NCBI GenBank assembly: GCA_963754945.1
Contig: CAVWIG010000029.1
Coordinates: 1 to 64,000 of the forward strand
DNA: 64,000 nt
Source: Methanotrichaceae archaeon
GTDB taxonomy: Archaea; Halobacteriota; Methanosarcinia; Methanotrichales; Methanotrichaceae
Direction: 5' to 3'
Shown here: positions 20,329 to 30,215 of the stretch, in pieces
Layout: each line of letters opens with the position of its first letter
Numbering within the stretch: position 1 is the first letter of the stretch
Position numbers and translations under genes: made by a program
Notes under the pieces: generated by a model
The model's database searches: none
Told to the model about the DNA's origin: nothing
The model's input: only the letters and a program-made list of their open reading frames with translations

Positions 20329-21710
20329 CTTATAAAGATATAAATTTCCGAAAAAATCCTCAAACCACTAAAGTCCCATGTAGGAAGATGCCCGCACCAG
20401 ATTTCCCCGTTGAAAAAGGAGCCTATATTCTTGGAAATGCATATAGCCCTGTTGCCGTCCTGATTCCAATGCCGAATCATTTTCTCGCTGAAATCGCTAT
20501 TGAAGCTGGTGCGGCGATTGCTGGGCATCTAGTTACGGCAAATATAGGAATCGAAAAAATCATCGCCAACATAATATCCAATCCAAATATACGATATTTG
20601 ATTATATGTGGCCGCGAATCAAAAGGACACCTTTCAGCACAATCGCTTATTTCTTTGTTTATGAAAGGAATTAATGAAAGCGGAAGGATCTGTGGCTCGT
20701 TGGGCTTGACGCCTTATCTAAAGAATATACCAAGAGAAGCCGTAGACAGATTCAGAGAACAGATAATATATCTTATAGATCTTCTCGGCACAGACGACCC
20801 AGAAATAGTAAAAAAAGTAATAAGAGGTTGCATACAAGAGCCCGAAAATGCTGTCGAATTGAATATAGATAATAGAAATTATCTTTTATATGATCCAGGA
20901 GCACTCGATAAAGAGCCAATGATCGTTAGAATCTATCAAAAATTAATGGAGTGCGGTTTATATGAGACTCTATCTCCATATTCGACAGTGATACATGTTG
21001 AGACTATACCCAATGGATACACCCTACTAATAGACGCTATTCTCTCTGCTGGAAATGAAGTACGAGATGAGAGAGGAGCTGTTACAAGAGAATTACTTAA
21101 TGTACAGATCACGATAAGTCACCCAGAAACGAACCCTATACCCAGAGACTATCGCCCTGAATCATGGATAGAGGATGATGAAATGGCTAAGGAATATCTG
21201 GAAAGGTATGCTGAAACCTATTTTAGCCCCGATATTGTCGTGGATTTTGATGGAAATAGATGCAACTTAGTCTCTCGAATCAATTCTGGAGTTTCAGATG
21301 ATGAAAATCTCGCATACACCTATGGAACTAGGCTTAGAAAGTACCAATTTAAAGGAGTCGTCGTTGATCAATTGGCAATAATTACTCGCGCCATTCAAAA
21401 AGCTATTGAAAAAGGGCAAGCTTCGAGACGATTTGTTCTTTCACTTGTCAATCCTTTTATTGATCTGAATGAGGAAACAGAACGATTAGAAATACCTTGT
21501 TTTACTCAGTTTTGGCTATATAACCGGTTTGAGGAGAAAAAATGGAAATTATATGGCACAATGTTTTTCAGATCTCATGATGCTCAATTTGCTTTCCCAG
21601 CAAATTGTTATGCTGGTATGAAAATTCTGAGCTGTTTATGCAAAAGAACGGGATGCGAAATGGGTAATTTAACAATGTTCTTTGGGAGTGCTCATATATA
21701 TGTATATTAG
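20325..21710 (+). CDS. MtrA (corrinoid-binding) domain fused to archaeal-type thymidylate synthase
   Basis: N-term TANIGIEKIIANIISNPNIRYLIICGRESKGH; C-term YTYGTRLR, IPCF, FRSHD..AFPAN, SAHIY; ATGA overlap with the upstream gene. Confidence 0.88.
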   Translation: MTYKDINFRKNPQTTKVPCRKMPAPDFPVEKGAYILGNAYSPVAVLIPMPNHFLAEIAIEAGAAIAGHLVTANIGIEKIIANIISNPNIRYLIICGRESKGHLSAQSLISLFMKGINESGRICGSLGLTPYLKNIPREAVDRFREQIIYLIDLLGTDDPEIVKKVIRGCIQEPENAVELNIDNRNYLLYDPGALDKEPMIVRIYQKLMECGLYETLSPYSTVIHVETIPNGYTLLIDAILSAGNEVRDERGAVTRELLNVQITISHPETNPIPRDYRPESWIEDDEMAKEYLERYAETYFSPDIVVDFDGNRCNLVSRINSGVSDDENLAYTYGTRLRKYQFKGVVVDQLAIITRAIQKAIEKGQASRRFVLSLVNPFIDLNEETERLEIPCFTQFWLYNRFEEKKWKLYGTMFFRSHDAQFAFPANCYAGMKILSCLCKRTGCEMGNLTMFFGSAHIYVY

Positions 21711-22067
21711 CATGATAATTCTTTGCATTTTGTCCTACTGCATAACCGAATAATAGATACTTGAGAAACGACAAAAAAATTTCCCATGTAAATCTCATAT
21801 AGCATATTGATTCGCATCCACCAGCATGAGCCCCATCCGAGGCACGTGAAATTTTTCATATAGATTTTTCTCATCAAATCCATTTCTGCTGAGAAATTGC
21901 GATCACTTATATCCGAAACCCGAAAATCTCTGCAGCAATTTGTTTCAAAGGAAAGGTCGTACCAGTATTTTCATTGCGGATATGTTGATATACCCTGACG
22001 ATATTTCTCCTGCCACAGTGTGGCATGACGGTTTTATGCCCCACCTCAAACTCATCAGGGTATCAAC

Positions 22068-23369
22068 ATGAACTATTGGCAACCCAAGCTAGAGCTGATG
22101 GACAGGGCCGAGCTGGAAGAACTGCAGCTTAGAAGGCTCAAAAGCACCGTAGAGTCTGTTTACAAGAGCGTCCCCTTCTACCACGAGAGTATGTTGCAGG
22201 CGGGAGTCTCACCTGGGGACATCCGGAGCCTGAGGGATCTGAAGAAGCTTCCCACCACTCGCAAGGCAAACCTGCGTGAGAACTATCCCTTCGGCCTTTT
22301 TGCCGTTCCAAGGGACCTTGTTGTCAGGGTGCACGCCTCATCGGGAACCACCGGCAAGCCTACGGTTGTCGGCTATACCGCCAGGGACATCGAAACCTGG
22401 TCGGACATGATGGCCAGGGACTTCGTGATGGTCGGCGTGACCAAGCAGGACGTCTTCCAAAACGCAGTGAACTACGGATTCTTCACGGGTGGTTTAGGCG
22501 TTCACTACGGCATCGAGCGCCTGGGGGCTATGGCTGTTCCATCCGGAGTTGGCAGCACCGAGCGCCAGCTTGAGATAATGCAGGACTTCGGCGTCACTGT
22601 TCTTCACTGCACGCCGTCATATGCCCTGTATCTGGCGGAGACGGCCAAGACCAACGGCGTCATAGAAAAGCTGAAGCTCAAGATAGGCTGTTTCGGGGCT
22701 GAGCCCTGGTCCGACGAGGCCCGGAGAGACCTCGAAGGGACTCTTGGCATCAAGGCCTACGATTCCTACGGGCTCTCAGAGATGTATGGCCCCGGAGTTG
22801 CATTCGAGTGCCAGGAGCAGAACGGACTGCACATCTGGGAAGATCATTTCCTTGTGGAGATCCTAGACAAGGACGAGGTGCCCTGCGCTCCGGGCGAGGC
22901 CGGCGAGCTGGTTCTCACATCTCTGACCAAGGAGGCCATGCCGCTCTTAAGGTACCACACAGGGGACGTGACCTACTTCATCGAAGAAGACGGCTGCAAC
23001 TGCGGCCGGGTGAGCAGAAGGCTTCACAGGTTCCTGGGCAGAGCTGATGACATGCTAGTCGTTCGCGGCATCAACGTCTTCCCGAGCCAGATCGAGGACG
23101 TGCTCGTGTCCATTCCGGAGATCGGAAACTACTTCCAGGTCATCGTTGATCGGCCGAAACACGGCCTAGACGAGCTGTCCATCAAGGTTGAGCTGAAGGA
23201 CGAGGCCTTTACAGGTGAACTCGGAGACCTGACCAAGGTCCAGAAGAAGGTCGAGGAGAAGCTAAAGGCTGTGCTCAACCTGCGCAGCAGGATTGAGCTG
23301 GTCGAGAAGGGCAGCATCCCCAGGACGGCAGGGAAATCCCAGAAGATAGTCGACCTGCGGAAGATCTAA
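22068..23369 (+). CDS. paaK: Phenylacetate-CoA ligase family protein
   Basis: HASSGTTGKP, YGLSE, GRADDML..RGINVFPSQIE. Confidence 0.9.
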   Translation: MNYWQPKLELMDRAELEELQLRRLKSTVESVYKSVPFYHESMLQAGVSPGDIRSLRDLKKLPTTRKANLRENYPFGLFAVPRDLVVRVHASSGTTGKPTVVGYTARDIETWSDMMARDFVMVGVTKQDVFQNAVNYGFFTGGLGVHYGIERLGAMAVPSGVGSTERQLEIMQDFGVTVLHCTPSYALYLAETAKTNGVIEKLKLKIGCFGAEPWSDEARRDLEGTLGIKAYDSYGLSEMYGPGVAFECQEQNGLHIWEDHFLVEILDKDEVPCAPGEAGELVLTSLTKEAMPLLRYHTGDVTYFIEEDGCNCGRVSRRLHRFLGRADDMLVVRGINVFPSQIEDVLVSIPEIGNYFQVIVDRPKHGLDELSIKVELKDEAFTGELGDLTKVQKKVEEKLKAVLNLRSRIELVEKGSIPRTAGKSQKIVDLRKI

Positions 23370-23485
23370 AATCAAAATCTAATCAAGAAACTCAAAAACT
23401 AATGGCCTGGAGGTGCTCCAGGCCTTGGGATCCGCCCGGCAGACCCGAGTAGGGTAAAGCCGATTCGACATGGGAATGAGAAAAC

Positions 23486-24001
23486 TCAACAGTCCTTTAT
23501 CAATTTCAGGTAGCAGTCATAGGCCGTCTGGTTGAAGCAGACGAAGACAACTTTTTCAATCGATTCATTTCTTTCCAAGATGTCCTTCACCTCTCGGACG
23601 GCTATCCTCGATGCCGGCTCGACAGGAAATCCGTACGCTCCTGTGCTTATCGACGGAAAGGCAATGATCTTTATACCGTGCCGAAGGGCAACCTCAAGGC
23701 AGTTCCTGTAGCACATAGCTAAAGACTCAGCCTCACCGTCATCTCCGCCATGCCAAACAGGGCCGACGGTGTGTATAACCCAACGAGCCGGGAGTTTGTG
23801 CCCTCCTGTTATCCTGGCCTCGCCAGTCGGGCATCCGTTCATCCTCCTGCACTCCTCCAATAGGCCTGGCCCAGCAGCTTTGTGGATAGCGCCGTCCACT
23901 CCACCGCCGCCGAGAAGTGAGTTGTTAGCGGCATTGACAATGGCATCGACCTTCAGCAAGGTGATGTCTCCCTTAATTACAGATATTTTACCAGAGGACA
24001 T
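23486..24001 (-). CDS. Macro-domain O-acetyl-ADP-ribose deacetylase
   Basis: [33 protein letters not shown]. Confidence 0.93.
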   Translation of the reverse strand: MSSGKISVIKGDITLLKVDAIVNAANNSLLGGGGVDGAIHKAAGPGLLEECRRMNGCPTGEARITGGHKLPARWVIHTVGPVWHGGDDGEAESLAMCYRNCLEVALRHGIKIIAFPSISTGAYGFPVEPASRIAVREVKDILERNESIEKVVFVCFNQTAYDCYLKLIKDC

Positions 24002-24094
24002 GAGATCATGCTGTAATGATGTCTCGAATTAAAAAATGCATGGTCTGGTTGCTGAAAGGATTGATATCCTAATGCATTTCAATCGGGGACTGAT

Positions 24095-24337
24095 ATGTTC
24101 TGCGAATATATCCAGGCGGCAATGTCCAAAGCGGTCTATGAAGTCATCGATGATGATGGTGAACCCTATTACGGCGAAGTTCCAGAACTGAAGGGCGTTT
24201 GGGCAACGGGAAAGGCTTCGGAAGAGTGTCGCGAGAACCTGCAAATGGCTATAGAGGATTGGATAGCCTTTAGTTTACGATCCAACCTGGCCATACCAAC
24301 AATCGAAGGCCTTAGGATAGAGGCTGCAGTGGAATAG
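24095..24337 (+). CDS. HicB-family antitoxin-like protein (no hicA seen)
   Basis: YYGEVPELKGVWATG.....CRENLQMAIEDW. Confidence 0.8.
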   Translation: MFCEYIQAAMSKAVYEVIDDDGEPYYGEVPELKGVWATGKASEECRENLQMAIEDWIAFSLRSNLAIPTIEGLRIEAAVE

Positions 24338-24349
24338 GTCAAGATCGAA

Positions 24350-24422
24350 GATCACCGAGCGAGCGTTAGGCCTTAAGATCCAATCTCGCAGGAGTTCGCG
24401 GGTTCAAATCCCGTACCCAGCA
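24350..24422 (+). pseudogene. Degenerate tRNA-Leu(TAA) remnant
   Basis: CTTAAGA anticodon loop, long variable arm CTCGCAGGAG, T-arm GCGGG-TTCAAAT-CCCGT, 3' ACCCAGCA; no matching 5' acceptor strand. Confidence 0.7.
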
Positions 24423-24716
24423 TAAAACCTTTTCTGATATCGATTTTTCTTAGACTACCTTTTTGCGATACCATATTTCCGAGACCTATTTCGGAATCCT
24501 GTCACCTTCCGAATCCATTAATTTTTGAACAGCGTATTCGAATCCATGAGATCGATTAGCAAATCGTTTCTTTTTTATCTGTTCATCTATCCATTCCAAA
24601 TACTTCTGATCAACTGTTATGGTTACACGCGGCTTTACTATCATCAATGCCTTATTCAATCATGGTATTATATATACTAGCATAAGATTAAATATGATTA
24701 GTGTGTATTAGTGCGT

Positions 24717-24866
24717 ATGATAGTAGATTTCAAATCGGCTATTACCCAGGACATCGCCGAGATTGAGTTGGCTTTAAGCGTACTGAATGGTCTTAGAAAC
24801 GTCAATGTGGCTAGACTTGAAGTGCTTAAAGAAGCCGAGAAAAGAGATGGAGAACTCATTAAATAA
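24717..24866 (+). CDS. Possible 49-aa small protein
   Basis: MIVDFKSAITQDIAEIELAL...; TTATATATA box upstream; below the ORF-track length cutoff. Confidence 0.3.
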   Translation: MIVDFKSAITQDIAEIELALSVLNGLRNVNVARLEVLKEAEKRDGELIK

Positions 24867-25090
24867 CCGATTTGCAACGAATTTAACGTCTAGTATGAAT
24901 CTCAAGAAAGGCTTTATAGTTAGATTATAAGTTTTTAAATCTAAATATTGAGAAGTAGTAAAAAGATTTTTCGTTGTGCAATCCTAATTACATCAGACTC
25001 CGGCGATCGAAATCGATAAATTCGACCGTGGGCCTGCCTGAGCGACTTGAGTTACAGTAAAATAGCCTTAAAATAAAGTGCTCTCGAAGA

Positions 25091-26644
25091 ATGATCGACC
25101 TCGAAACCATCCCTCACCTTCCCGGCTGCTACCTTTACCTTGACGCCGAGGGAAAAGTCCTCTATGTCGGAAAGGCCAAGGACCTGAAGAAGCGGGTGAG
25201 CAACTACTTCCAGAAACGTGACCATGACTCGAAGACCGAGAGCCTGATCCATATGGCGTCGAGCCTGGACTTCATAGTTACAAACAACGAAGTCGAGGCC
25301 CTTCTCCTCGAAAATACTCTGATCAAAAAACACTGGCCCAGGTACAACATCAAGCTCAAGGACTCTTCCAGATACGCCTGCATCCACCTGACGGATGAGA
25401 ACCTGCCCCGCATCCGCATCAGCCGGAGCAGACTCGGCCGTGGCACGTTCTTTGGCCCCTTCACCTCCGCCAGAGAGCGAGACTATGTCTTTGCCGTCGT
25501 CCGGAAGACATTTCAACTCCGCACCTGCCGCAGGCTTCCCAAACGTGCCTGCCTGCGCTACCACCTGGGAGCGTGCAGCGGTCCGTGCATCGGAAAGATC
25601 ACCGAGGGCGAGTACCTGGAAAAGGTGAGGCGGGCCGAAGCCGCCCTGAAAGGAGACATCGTCGATCTGATCGCATCCTTGAGAAAGGAGATGATCGACT
25701 CTTCGGCCAGGCAGGAGTACGAGCGGGCAAAGGACCTCCGGGATGAGATCGTCGCCCTGGAAGGCCTGCAAGAAAGACAGAACATGGATCGGAAGAGGAA
25801 GTTCGACCAGGACATCCTCGGCTACCTGGTGGATGAGGGCAACGTCTATCTCATGCTCTTCAAGGTTTACAAAGGCACTCTGGAGGGCAAGGAAGACTTC
25901 GTCTTTGCATACAACGAAAACTTCCTGGAGGAATTCCTGGTTCAGTACTACTCGGAAAACGTCCCACCTGAAGAGCTGATCGTGCCGGAGGCCTTAGAAG
26001 ATTCCATTGAGGAGTTTCTGTCGCACGTTAAGGGAAAATCAGTAAAGGTCACAGTCCCAAAGCAGGGAGAGAAAAAAGTGCTTCTAGAGCTGGCTAAGAA
26101 GAACGTCGAGATCGGCTTTTTCGGTGACCGGAAAAAGGTCCAGGCCCTACAGGAAGCCCTCAAGCTTCCCAAGCCTCCGAACGTCATCGAGTGCTTCGAT
26201 GTTTCCCACCTCTCCGGAACATCGATGGTCGGCTCCATGGTACAGTTCAGGGGCGGCAGGCCTGACAAAAGCAACTATCGTCGTTTCAAGATCAAGAGCG
26301 TTGAAGGGATAGACGATCCGGCGTCCATTGCCGAGGTAGTCCGGAGGCGCTACACCAGGCTGAGAGACGGAAAGTTGGAACTGCCTGATCTGGTCATCAT
26401 CGACGGCGGGGTGGGGCAGCTCTCTAGCGCCTTTCAAGAGCTTCGCAATTTGAGGGTTCGGGTTCCGGTAATCTCCATCGCCAAGAGGGAGGAAGAGATC
26501 TACATGCCCGGGCTGGATAAGCCCCTGCCCATAAAAAAAGATGACAAGGCTTCGCTCTATGTCCAGGAGATCAGGGATGAAGCCCACAGGTTTGCTATCA
26601 GCTACAATCGGCTCCTGAGGCAGAAGGCAGTGATCTCGGCATGA
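25091..26644 (+). CDS. uvrC: Excinuclease ABC subunit C
   Basis: GIY-YIG (PGCY..LYVGKAK), IECFDVSH, IIDGGVGQ, RDEAHRFA. Confidence 0.96.
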   Translation: MIDLETIPHLPGCYLYLDAEGKVLYVGKAKDLKKRVSNYFQKRDHDSKTESLIHMASSLDFIVTNNEVEALLLENTLIKKHWPRYNIKLKDSSRYACIHLTDENLPRIRISRSRLGRGTFFGPFTSARERDYVFAVVRKTFQLRTCRRLPKRACLRYHLGACSGPCIGKITEGEYLEKVRRAEAALKGDIVDLIASLRKEMIDSSARQEYERAKDLRDEIVALEGLQERQNMDRKRKFDQDILGYLVDEGNVYLMLFKVYKGTLEGKEDFVFAYNENFLEEFLVQYYSENVPPEELIVPEALEDSIEEFLSHVKGKSVKVTVPKQGEKKVLLELAKKNVEIGFFGDRKKVQALQEALKLPKPPNVIECFDVSHLSGTSMVGSMVQFRGGRPDKSNYRRFKIKSVEGIDDPASIAEVVRRRYTRLRDGKLELPDLVIIDGGVGQLSSAFQELRNLRVRVPVISIAKREEEIYMPGLDKPLPIKKDDKASLYVQEIRDEAHRFAISYNRLLRQKAVISA

Positions 26645-26723
26645 ACTCTTTCCTCCATAAATTCTTGCCAGACATTCCCTTCTCTCATCATAAATCCACT
26701 CATCATAACTGCTCTCAACATCC

Positions 26724-27797
26724 CTAAACCAGAACCTCCTTCAGAGGTCTTCTTGGCGTAAGTTCCGTCTCAGGTGGTGCATACCCCAGGCGGAAGGTCT
26801 GCTGCAGGTAGCTGCCCTTGTCAGGAACCAGTTTCGCCATCTCTGCTCTGGTTTCATTTACCTCGAGGGCTTGGCTCATTGGCTGAATCTGGATGTTTGA
26901 AGCGGTAGCCGTTAGCCAGACCCTCTCAAGGAGCTGACCAGCTTTGACTTGGCTAGTCCTGTCATTTTCGCTTGAGGTGATGAAGCCCAGCGCTGGAGTG
27001 TTGTTCAAGAGGTCGCTGTCTTTCCTGGTCTGCTCCTTTCCAACGTCGAGGAATAGCACTTCGAACTGAGCGATCTTGGCCTGAATGCCTGTAGGTCCCA
27101 TCACACCTTGACCCAGCCAATAACCAAGCTCACTCTTGTACTCTATGTTATCGTATTGAATCGTGTCAGCCCGTACTTCAAGACCCCGAAATTCACTCTT
27201 GATCTTTGGATCCGACGCCACATTGAGCCAGAATCCGTTCTCAGTGGTATTGTTGAGAAGCCGCAGATCGCTATCTGGAATGGTTCGATTTTCGTAAGGC
27301 TGGCGGTTGGTATGCCTTTCCAAAATAGACTGGAAGAGCCCGGGACCTTCGTTTTCTAACTTTCCTTCAGGGATCAGCCTGACCATGGCCACGAGGTCGG
27401 TCCTATTATGCTCTGGAAAATACTGCACTTCGCTTACGTAGCCGAAATGTCCAGCAGCTATCAAGAGGTTCTCCAGGGCGCAGCCTATGCTGATATAAAA
27501 CTCCCTTTGATCGGCGTCCGCAACCGTAAGCCATCTGGTCTTGTCAGAGAATACCTCGATCTCATTGGCTGAGACATTGAACTTCCATGGCTGGGTATTA
27601 TGGCTAGACGGCGCAAGTACGGCATAGTTCAGCAGGAACTTCAGTTTTTCCTCGTTGCTGCTATTTACTGGAAAATCGCTTTCCTTGACCTGCCAAGCAT
27701 CGACTGAAGCTTTTGGTTGAAATAAGAGTCCCGCTAGAAGAAATCCCACAAGTAAGAAGACAGCTATAACAACTGCTGTGCCCGTCGATAGTCCCAT
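26724..27797 (-). CDS. Acg-type nitroreductase / FMN-binding oxidoreductase with N-terminal membrane anchor
   Basis: APSSHNTQPW, SIGCALENL, RHTNR, FRLGY. Confidence 0.88.
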   Translation of the reverse strand: MGLSTGTAVVIAVFLLVGFLLAGLLFQPKASVDAWQVKESDFPVNSSNEEKLKFLLNYAVLAPSSHNTQPWKFNVSANEIEVFSDKTRWLTVADADQREFYISIGCALENLLIAAGHFGYVSEVQYFPEHNRTDLVAMVRLIPEGKLENEGPGLFQSILERHTNRQPYENRTIPDSDLRLLNNTTENGFWLNVASDPKIKSEFRGLEVRADTIQYDNIEYKSELGYWLGQGVMGPTGIQAKIAQFEVLFLDVGKEQTRKDSDLLNNTPALGFITSSENDRTSQVKAGQLLERVWLTATASNIQIQPMSQALEVNETRAEMAKLVPDKGSYLQQTFRLGYAPPETELTPRRPLKEVLV

Positions 27798-27949
27798 GTT
27801 TTTCCGACTCCATGAATCTTGAGGTTTGGGTTTCCTTTCCGGGGAAATCAGATAAACTTATGCAAGGTCCTCGGCTGTCACGATCCGTTTAGTTACGCCT
27901 GAAAGTTAATCGTAGAATCTATTTAGATGCAGGTTACAACACTCAATAA

Positions 27950-29986
27950 ATGCCCAGAACAAGCCAGATCTGCGAAGCGGAGAACCATACTCCTAAAAGA
28001 AGGGAAGCAGCTTGCAACCCGGATTCGACCATCCAGAACTCGATCGTCTCCTCAGGACAGCGGTTCAATCTAGTCTCAGATTTCGAGCCCAAGGGCTCCC
28101 AACCGCAGGCTATCGAAAAGCTTGTTTCGGGCCTGAAGGAAAGCCAGCAGTTTCAGACCCTGCTTGGCGTCACCGGATCGGGCAAGACCTTTACCGTTGC
28201 CAATGTCATACAGCAGGCCCAGAAGCCAACCCTTGTCATCGCTCACAACAAGACCCTTGCCGCCCAGCTCTATGACGAGTTCAGAGAGTTCTTTCCCGAG
28301 AACAGGGTGGAATATTTCGTCTCCTACTACGACTTCTACCAGCCCGAGTCGTACATACCTTCAAAGGACCAGTACATAGAGAAGGATTCCCACATCAACC
28401 CCAAGATCGAACAGATGAGGCTTGCAGCCACAGCGTCTCTCATGTCCCGAAAGGATGTGATTGTCGTGGCATCCGTTTCCTGTATATACGGTCTGGGCAA
28501 CCCTGAGAATTTCCAGAAGATGGGTTTTGAGCTGAAGGCCAAAGAGAGGATGTCGAGACGAGAGATCCTGGGAAAGCTGATCGACATCCAGTACGAGAGA
28601 AACGATCTAGATCTCTCTCCCGGTCACTTTAGGGTGAAGGGCGACACTATTGACCTGATCCCTGGATATTTCAACAACATCATCAGAATTGAGCTCTTTG
28701 GAGACGAGATAGAACGAATTTACGAGATCGACAAGCAAACCGGCCAACGGAAGGAATGCCTCGACTATTTCTACGTTTACCCAGCCAGGCATTTTGTCAT
28801 CCCTGAAGAAGACCAGAAAAGCGCAATCAAGACAATTTTAGCAGAGCTGGACGAAAGGCTTCCTGATCTAGGCATGATCGAGTCTCACCGTCTTAAGCAG
28901 CGAACTCTGCACGATGTGGAGATGATAGAAGAGACAGGCGGCTGCAAAGGGATCGAGAACTACTCTCGTCATTTCGACCACCGCAGGCCAGGAGAGAAGC
29001 CCTACTGTCTTCTGGACTACTTCCCCGACGACTTCCTTCTCGTCATAGACGAGAGCCACCAGACCCTCCCCCAGATCCACGGCATGTACAAGGGAGATCT
29101 CTCAAGGAAGAAGAGCCTGGTGGACTACGGATTCCGTCTACCCAGCGCCTACGATAACCGGCCTCTCCGTTTCGAAGAGTTCGAGATGTACATGAAGAAT
29201 GTGATCTTCGTGTCGGCCACCCCGGGGGACTACGAGTTTAAGCGCTCAGCTCAGGTCGTCGAACAGATCATTCGCCCCACAGGCCTGGTGGACCCTGTTG
29301 TAGAGGTTCGTCCTATCGATGGCCAGGTCAGAGATGCCATGCTGGAGATCGGAAAGACGGTGGAGCGAAAAGAGCGCGCTCTGGTGACCACCATGACCAA
29401 GAGGCTGGCTGAGGAGCTGACAGACTATCTGGCCGAGAACGGCGTCAAAGCGCGTTACCTGCATTCTGAGATCCAGACCATCGAGAGGACTGAGATCATC
29501 AGGGAGCTGCGCCTGGGGAAGTTCGATGTCCTTGTTGGGATCAACCTTCTCCGTGAGGGTCTCGATATCCCGGAGGTAAGCTTCATCGGGATCCTGGATG
29601 CGGACAAAGAAGGCTTCTTGCGGGATGCCAAAAGCCTGATCCAGACTATCGGCCGTGCCTCAAGAAACGCCAACTCGAAGGTGGTCCTCTATGCTGACAA
29701 CATGACCGAATCTTTGAAGGAGGCGGTCCGAACAACCGAAGAGAGGCGCGCGCTCCAGATAGCCTACAACCAGGAGCACGGCATCGTTCCGAAGACCATC
29801 CAGAAGCCCATCAGGGAAAAGGTCGTCGACATCACCGAGACGAGGCACATTCCAAAGTCCGATATCCCGAACGTGATTATAGAGCTTGAGGCGGAGATGA
29901 ACGTAGCGGCGGAGAGGCTTGAGTTTGAGAGGGCAATTCAGCTCAGGGATACTATTAGGACCCTGCAGAAAAAAATCGAAGCTTAA
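27950..29986 (+). CDS. uvrB: Excinuclease ABC subunit B
   Basis: LGVTGSGKT, YYDFYQPE, DESH, GINLLREGLD, C-terminal UVR domain. Confidence 0.97.
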   Translation: MPRTSQICEAENHTPKRREAACNPDSTIQNSIVSSGQRFNLVSDFEPKGSQPQAIEKLVSGLKESQQFQTLLGVTGSGKTFTVANVIQQAQKPTLVIAHNKTLAAQLYDEFREFFPENRVEYFVSYYDFYQPESYIPSKDQYIEKDSHINPKIEQMRLAATASLMSRKDVIVVASVSCIYGLGNPENFQKMGFELKAKERMSRREILGKLIDIQYERNDLDLSPGHFRVKGDTIDLIPGYFNNIIRIELFGDEIERIYEIDKQTGQRKECLDYFYVYPARHFVIPEEDQKSAIKTILAELDERLPDLGMIESHRLKQRTLHDVEMIEETGGCKGIENYSRHFDHRRPGEKPYCLLDYFPDDFLLVIDESHQTLPQIHGMYKGDLSRKKSLVDYGFRLPSAYDNRPLRFEEFEMYMKNVIFVSATPGDYEFKRSAQVVEQIIRPTGLVDPVVEVRPIDGQVRDAMLEIGKTVERKERALVTTMTKRLAEELTDYLAENGVKARYLHSEIQTIERTEIIRELRLGKFDVLVGINLLREGLDIPEVSFIGILDADKEGFLRDAKSLIQTIGRASRNANSKVVLYADNMTESLKEAVRTTEERRALQIAYNQEHGIVPKTIQKPIREKVVDITETRHIPKSDIPNVIIELEAEMNVAAERLEFERAIQLRDTIRTLQKKIEA

Positions 29987-29999
29987 ATCTAAAATTAAG

Positions 30000-30215
30000 T
30001 CAACCTACTTTCTTGTAGGGATAACCTGCCAGTTTAATGTAATGGTGGAAGTATGAGCCTTTTGATTCCGCTTTCATTAAACCCACATAGACGTGTCTAG
30101 GCACTCCGTAATACCGATACACACCTCCGTGATGGAATTCAATTTCTAAAGTGGAGGTAGCCGGATCATATCCGACCGATGAAATGTTGCTTGATTGAAC
30201 TGATACTCGCTTCAT
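30000..30215 (-). CDS. KTSC domain protein
   Basis: VQSSNISSVGYD..LEIEFHHGGVYRY..VP..AESKGSYF. Confidence 0.88.
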   Translation of the reverse strand: MKRVSVQSSNISSVGYDPATSTLEIEFHHGGVYRYYGVPRHVYVGLMKAESKGSYFHHYIKLAGYPYKKVG

